DNA of 64,000 nt from Fonticula alba ATCC 38817 (Eukaryota; Protista; Nucleariida): NCBI GenBank assembly GCA_000388065.2, contig KB932201.1; one strand, written 5' to 3'. Every line of letters starts with the position of its first letter. Position 1 is the stretch's first letter. This document shows positions 59,965 to 64,000 of this stretch, one piece after another. The notes below the pieces were generated by a model, which was not told where the DNA came from, searched no databases, and saw only the letters and a program-made list of their open reading frames with translations. Position numbers and translations under genes: made by a program.

Positions 59965-61389
59965 GGCGAAGAGCGGGGGTATGCGGGAGAAGGGGGAGCG
60001 GGGGGGGGGGGGAGACAAGGAGGGGGAGGCGGTCCGAGGTAGAGGCGGGGAGCGGAGCCCGGAGAGCAGGGAGGAAAGGGGAACCGAGGAAGGGGCGAAG
60101 GGGGCTAGCGGAGGGCCGGGCAAGGGTGGGTTGTGGGGCTATTTTTTTCAACCACCGGACCGTCTGCGGACCGAAAGGGGGGGCTCCGGCCCCGAGGAGA
60201 GGCCACCGGGGCCTGATTATGGCCCCCCCCCCTTCTCCCCCCGCGAAGGGGTTGAGAGATAAGAGGGAGGGAATGTACAAGAACCGGTGCGTGTACTGCC
60301 GCTGCACCCGCTTCGCAGAGATGGGGTGCCCCGAGCCTTGGCGAGGGGGCGAGATTCGGCCGGACCCAGATGCCGCGGGCCGCGGTAATAGCGCGGCCCC
60401 GGGGGCGGGGCGCAGGCTGGCTGGCGGAGACAACTTCGCCCGGCTTCTGGGGCCGCGACCCGGGGCTGCCCGGGGTGGGGAGGGGGGCCGATCAAACTCG
60501 CCCGGGCGTCGGCGCAAGGCAATTTCGCCCTGGGTGGGTCCGAAGTCGGGCGAGCCATAATTGTGTTCCCACATTTCAGCGACGCCGCGGGTAGAGACCA
60601 AGCTGCTGGACGGACCAGTGCCACCCCGCCTACCGATGCGGGTCCCCTGGAGGTGGTCTTGCCGTGTCTCGGGCGGCAGAGGGGTCGGGGGGCAGGGAGA
60701 AAGAACATGCGCCTGTTGGCTCGACTGCCAGCGCACTGGGTATCTGAGACGGCCCCCCCCCCCCCGCGCCGTGGCCTTTTGTGTTTGGACCCCCCGCCGC
60801 GCCGCGCNNNNNNNNNNNNNNNNNNNNNNNNNNNNNNNNNNNNNNNNNNNNNNNNNNNNNNNNNNNNNNNNNNNNNNNNNNNNNNNNNNNNNNNNNNNNN
60901 NNNNNNNNNNNNNNNNNNNNNNNNNNNNNNNNNNNNNNNNNNNNNNNNNNNNNNNNNNNNNNNNNNNNNNNNNNNNNNNNNNNNNNNNNNNNNNNNNNNN
61001 NNNNNNNNNNNNNNNNNNNNNNNNNNNNNNNNNNNNNNNNNNNNNNNNNNNNNNNNNNNNNNNNNNNNNNNNNNNNNNNNNNNNNNNNNNNNNNNNNNNN
61101 NNNNNNNNNNNNNNNNNNNNNNNNNNNNNNNNNNNNNNNNNNNNNNNNNNNNNNNNNNNNNNNNNNNNNNNNNNNNNNNNNNNNNNNNNNNNNNNNNNNN
61201 NNNNNNNNNNNNNNNNNNNNNNNNNNNNNNNNNNNNNNNNNNNNNNNNNNNNNNNNNNNNNNNNNNNNNNNNNNNNNNNNNNNNNNNNNNNNNNNNNNNN
61301 NNNNNNNNNNNNNNNNNNNNNNNNNNNNNNNNNNNNNNNNNNNNNNNNNNNNNNNNNNNNNNNNNNNNNNNNNNNNNNNNNNNNNNNNN

Positions 61390-61480
61390 TTGCGGGACAT
61401 GGAGCAGTTCCATGGTCACCACAGTGGCGTCGGCCTGTGGGGAAGGGGCAAGGAGGAGAGAACGGAAAGTGCAGAGACAG

Positions 61481-61517
<37 letters not shown>

Positions 61518-63095
61518 GCACACGCGCGTGTGTGTGGTGAGAGAGTCAGTGAAGAAAGATGCGAGATTCCGGAGGAAGGGAAGAGCAAAGACAAAGGGGT
61601 GAGGCGAAGGACCATGAGCTGCGACGTACCACCGAGGAGGATGTTGCGCCGTACATCAGCAGGCGAAGGGCCCCATTGGCGGCCACCGTGCCCGAGGCAA
61701 AGGTCGTCAGCTTGGCCTGCTCTTCCAGGGCAGCTTCAAAGAGCAGGGACAGCTGGTCGGCCGACAGGGTGCCGGCGTGCCCGGGCGCCGGCAGGGTCAC
61801 CTGCCGCGCCTGGCCGGGCTGGGCAAACTGCCGCCAAGCCCGGCGGAAGCTCCCGGAGTCCAGCTCCAAGGCTGCCGGGGTCAGGGCAGACGTCCCGGGA
61901 GAGGAGGCAGAGGGGGCGGTGGCGGCGGCAATGGCCGCCCCAGCCGGCATGGTCGGCGGCGTGTCCAGCCCGAAGAGCTCGTCCATCGGCGACCGCGGGC
62001 TTCCGGAGAGGGCGACCGCCGAAGTGGAAGTCGCCGAGGAGAAGTCCAGTCCAAGCAGCTGGCTGGCCAGATCCTCGGGACTGGCCGAAGCACCGCCGGC
62101 CCGGCCCCCCGCCGAGAAGTCCATCACGTCCAGGAGATGGCCCGTGCCACCGGCGCCGGCTGACACGCCGGCCGCCGGGGCCATGGCCTCGCCGAGAAGT
62201 GGGCCCGCAAGCGGGTCGGCAGCCGGGGCAGAGGCCGCGGAAGTGCCGGCCACACGTCCAATCGGACCGGCCGACCGTGGCCTCTGGAGCATCGAGCTGA
62301 AGGGCGGCAGTGGAGTGGTGAAGGAGACCGCAGGCCGCTGGAAGACGACGCTCAGGGAATTGAACTCGAAGAAGTCGAGGAACTGTTCATCGGCCGGGGT
62401 CTTGCCGGCCTGGCCGGCCCCGGTGGCCGACGGCTGGCCGACAATCCGCTCGGCCTAGGGCGGTGCATGGATGTGCAGTCGGGGAAAGGGAGTCAGAGGG
62501 GAGGCTTGCGATGCGGGCGGAGGGGAGAGCAGAGCAGCCACGGCGGCAAGGGCGCCGAGAGCGCACCACTTCGGGCGAATAGTGCAGAAGACGCAAATAG
62601 AAGAGGGCTCGATCGCGGGTGTCGGCCTTGGCGAGGGGGAGCTCGGCGTCGATCTCGAAGCGAAGGATGCTTCAGGTGAAAGGGAAAAAAAGAGGGGGGG
62701 GGGATGGCCGGGGAACATGGGTGCTTGTCAGAGAGGAGCAGAGAAGGGAGAGGGAAGAAGGAGACGCCGGTCAAAAGGCCGAAAGTGGCCTCTCGCCCGC
62801 TGGTGGAATGGGCAGGCAGCGCACCGGGACAGGATTTGCTTCATGTTGGCCGGGTCCTTGAAGAAGAGGCGCATGGCTGCCGACAGGACGGCCAGGCGCA
62901 GCTCGGCCGATGTGCTCGGCCCAATGTCACGGCTAATTTCGTCCAGCAGGACGATGGACCCCTCGATGAATTGGCCGAAGTCCGCCATGATCCAAAGGAG
63001 CGACACGCGGGCTGCCTCGCTGGCCATAACCTCGAGCGAGGCGGACACCTGGGAAAGGATCTGCTCTGCACGGTCCGGGTGCTGCAGGAGGAGTT
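61390..63095 (-). CDS. AP4B1: AP-4 complex subunit beta, 3' part (5' exons missing from this window or displaced; last exon enters the gap at 61389)
   Basis: Exons 63095..62825, 62669..62567, 62454..61630 and 61434..gap. Motifs: VSLLWIMADFG, LRLAVLSAAMRLFFKDPA, DTRDRALFYLRLL, EFNSLSVVFQRP (AP-4 beta-like), and an appendage domain LDSGSFRRAW...FASG...LRLLMY. Confidence 0.8.
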
Positions 63096-63287
63096 CTGAA
63101 AGCGCGAGCCGTCGGGGGATATGACAGGAGCCGGAGAGAGGGGGAGAGAGGGAGGGAGGGCGCGCGCGCGCGAGCGAGGGAGACGGAACGCACAGCGGAG
63201 AGGCGGAAAGACGGCGGCACACGCATGGCTGNNNNNNNNNNNNNNNNNNNNNNNNNNNNNNNNNNNNNNNNNNNNNNNNNNNNNNNN

Positions 63288-63967
63288 GGGCGGCAGAGGG
63301 GTCGGGGGGCAGGGAGAAAGAACATGCGCCTGTTGGCTCGACTGCCAGCGCACTGGGTATCTGAGACGGCCCCCCCCCCCCCCGGCCGGGGCCTTTTGTG
63401 TTTGGACCCCCCGCCGCGCCGCGCACCCTTTCTCCGTGCGTCCCTCCTCCGGGGGGGGGGGGGGGGTTATTGTCTTTGGCCGTGCTTCTCGTGATTGGGA
63501 GGCTGGGGGGGGGGGCCTAGAACACGCAACGCCCATCAAAGGGGCCTTGCCCCTCACCAAGCAGGCGCTCTTGGCGTCGGCGCTTGGAAGACACAGCAGG
63601 GGTGAGGTGTGAGGAAGATCTGCAGGCGGGGGGAACTATTTTTTATTTGCCGAAACAGCAACAAAGAGGCCGAAGGCCGGGCGAAGGCCGGGCGACCTGC
63701 ATGCATGTGGGCGCGCCCTCTCCTCCCTGCGGACTTCCCTCCCCGCCCCCAAGAGGTCCGATCCCCCGGTGCCTACTGCATGGCTCGGGTCAGATCGTTG
63801 ACGATCGTCGTGAGGAGTTGATCATAGTCCACGGGGCCGGTGGCGATCCCGGTCTGGGGGGCATCCTCAAAGCAGAGCGCCGCCGGGCCGGCACGCAGCG
63901 TGACCGACACCTTGCCGGATTGCGGGACATGGAGCAGTTCCATGGTCACCACAGTGGCGTCGGCCTG
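63288..63967. other. Misplaced contig that fills gap 60808-61389
   Basis: 63288-63424 matches 60671-60807 (left gap flank) apart from poly-C differences, and 63931-63967 matches 61391-61437 (right gap flank). The 506 nt between the matches is similar to the 582-N gap. Confidence 0.88.
63773..63964 (-). CDS. AP4B1: Displaced last exon of AP4B1 (ADATVVTMELLHVPQSGKVSVTLR...DLTRAMQ*)
   Basis: Its start is identical to the exon at 61434 that runs into the gap. It is 64 codons ending in TAG at 63773-63775. Confidence 0.8.
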   Translation of the reverse strand, partial: ADATVVTMELLHVPQSGKVSVTLRAGPAALCFEDAPQTGIATGPVDYDQLLTTIVNDLTRAMQ

Positions 63968-64000
63968 ACAGCGGGTCGGCGGTGGTATTGGCGTCGCCGG

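Noticed and set aside
63931-64000. AP4B1 exon fused to a FYVE-gene fragment as exon shuffling or gene fusion
   Set aside because: It sits in a contig that matches both sides of an earlier gap and looks like a mate-pair chimera.

Overview
GC-rich, intron-containing eukaryotic scaffold with many N-gaps and G/C homopolymers. A fungal-type URA2 with a pseudo-DHOase together with a retained AP-4 beta subunit suggests a basal holomycotan such as Fonticula (inference). Genes reconstructed by eye from GT-AG boundaries and frame continuity: a CGR1/CCDC86-like 3' fragment, a ~2018-aa disordered protein, an SRSF3/7-like RRM-RS protein, an intronless UBC4, URA2/CAD (~2495 aa), a Cys-rich 1173-aa protein, CDC123, REV3, eIF2B-delta, proteasome alpha5, an orphan type-I membrane protein, an ankyrin-like/FYVE protein and AP4B1 (3' part). 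The main find is that the URA2/CAD glutaminase domain has lost its catalytic Cys (FGIGLGHH) and its oxyanion-hole motif while CPS and ATCase motifs are intact. This predicts an ammonia-dependent or trans-complemented pyrimidine CPS-ATCase carrying two dead domains. Other oddities: a 62-aa CxxC..CxC insertion in the REV3 thumb, a CDC123 DxN->DxA change and frequent AAG 3' splice sites. The assembly also contains two embedded Illumina adapters and a misplaced chimeric contig near the end. No rRNA, tRNA, CRISPR or transposon could be supported. All family calls rest on remembered motifs; no database searches were run.
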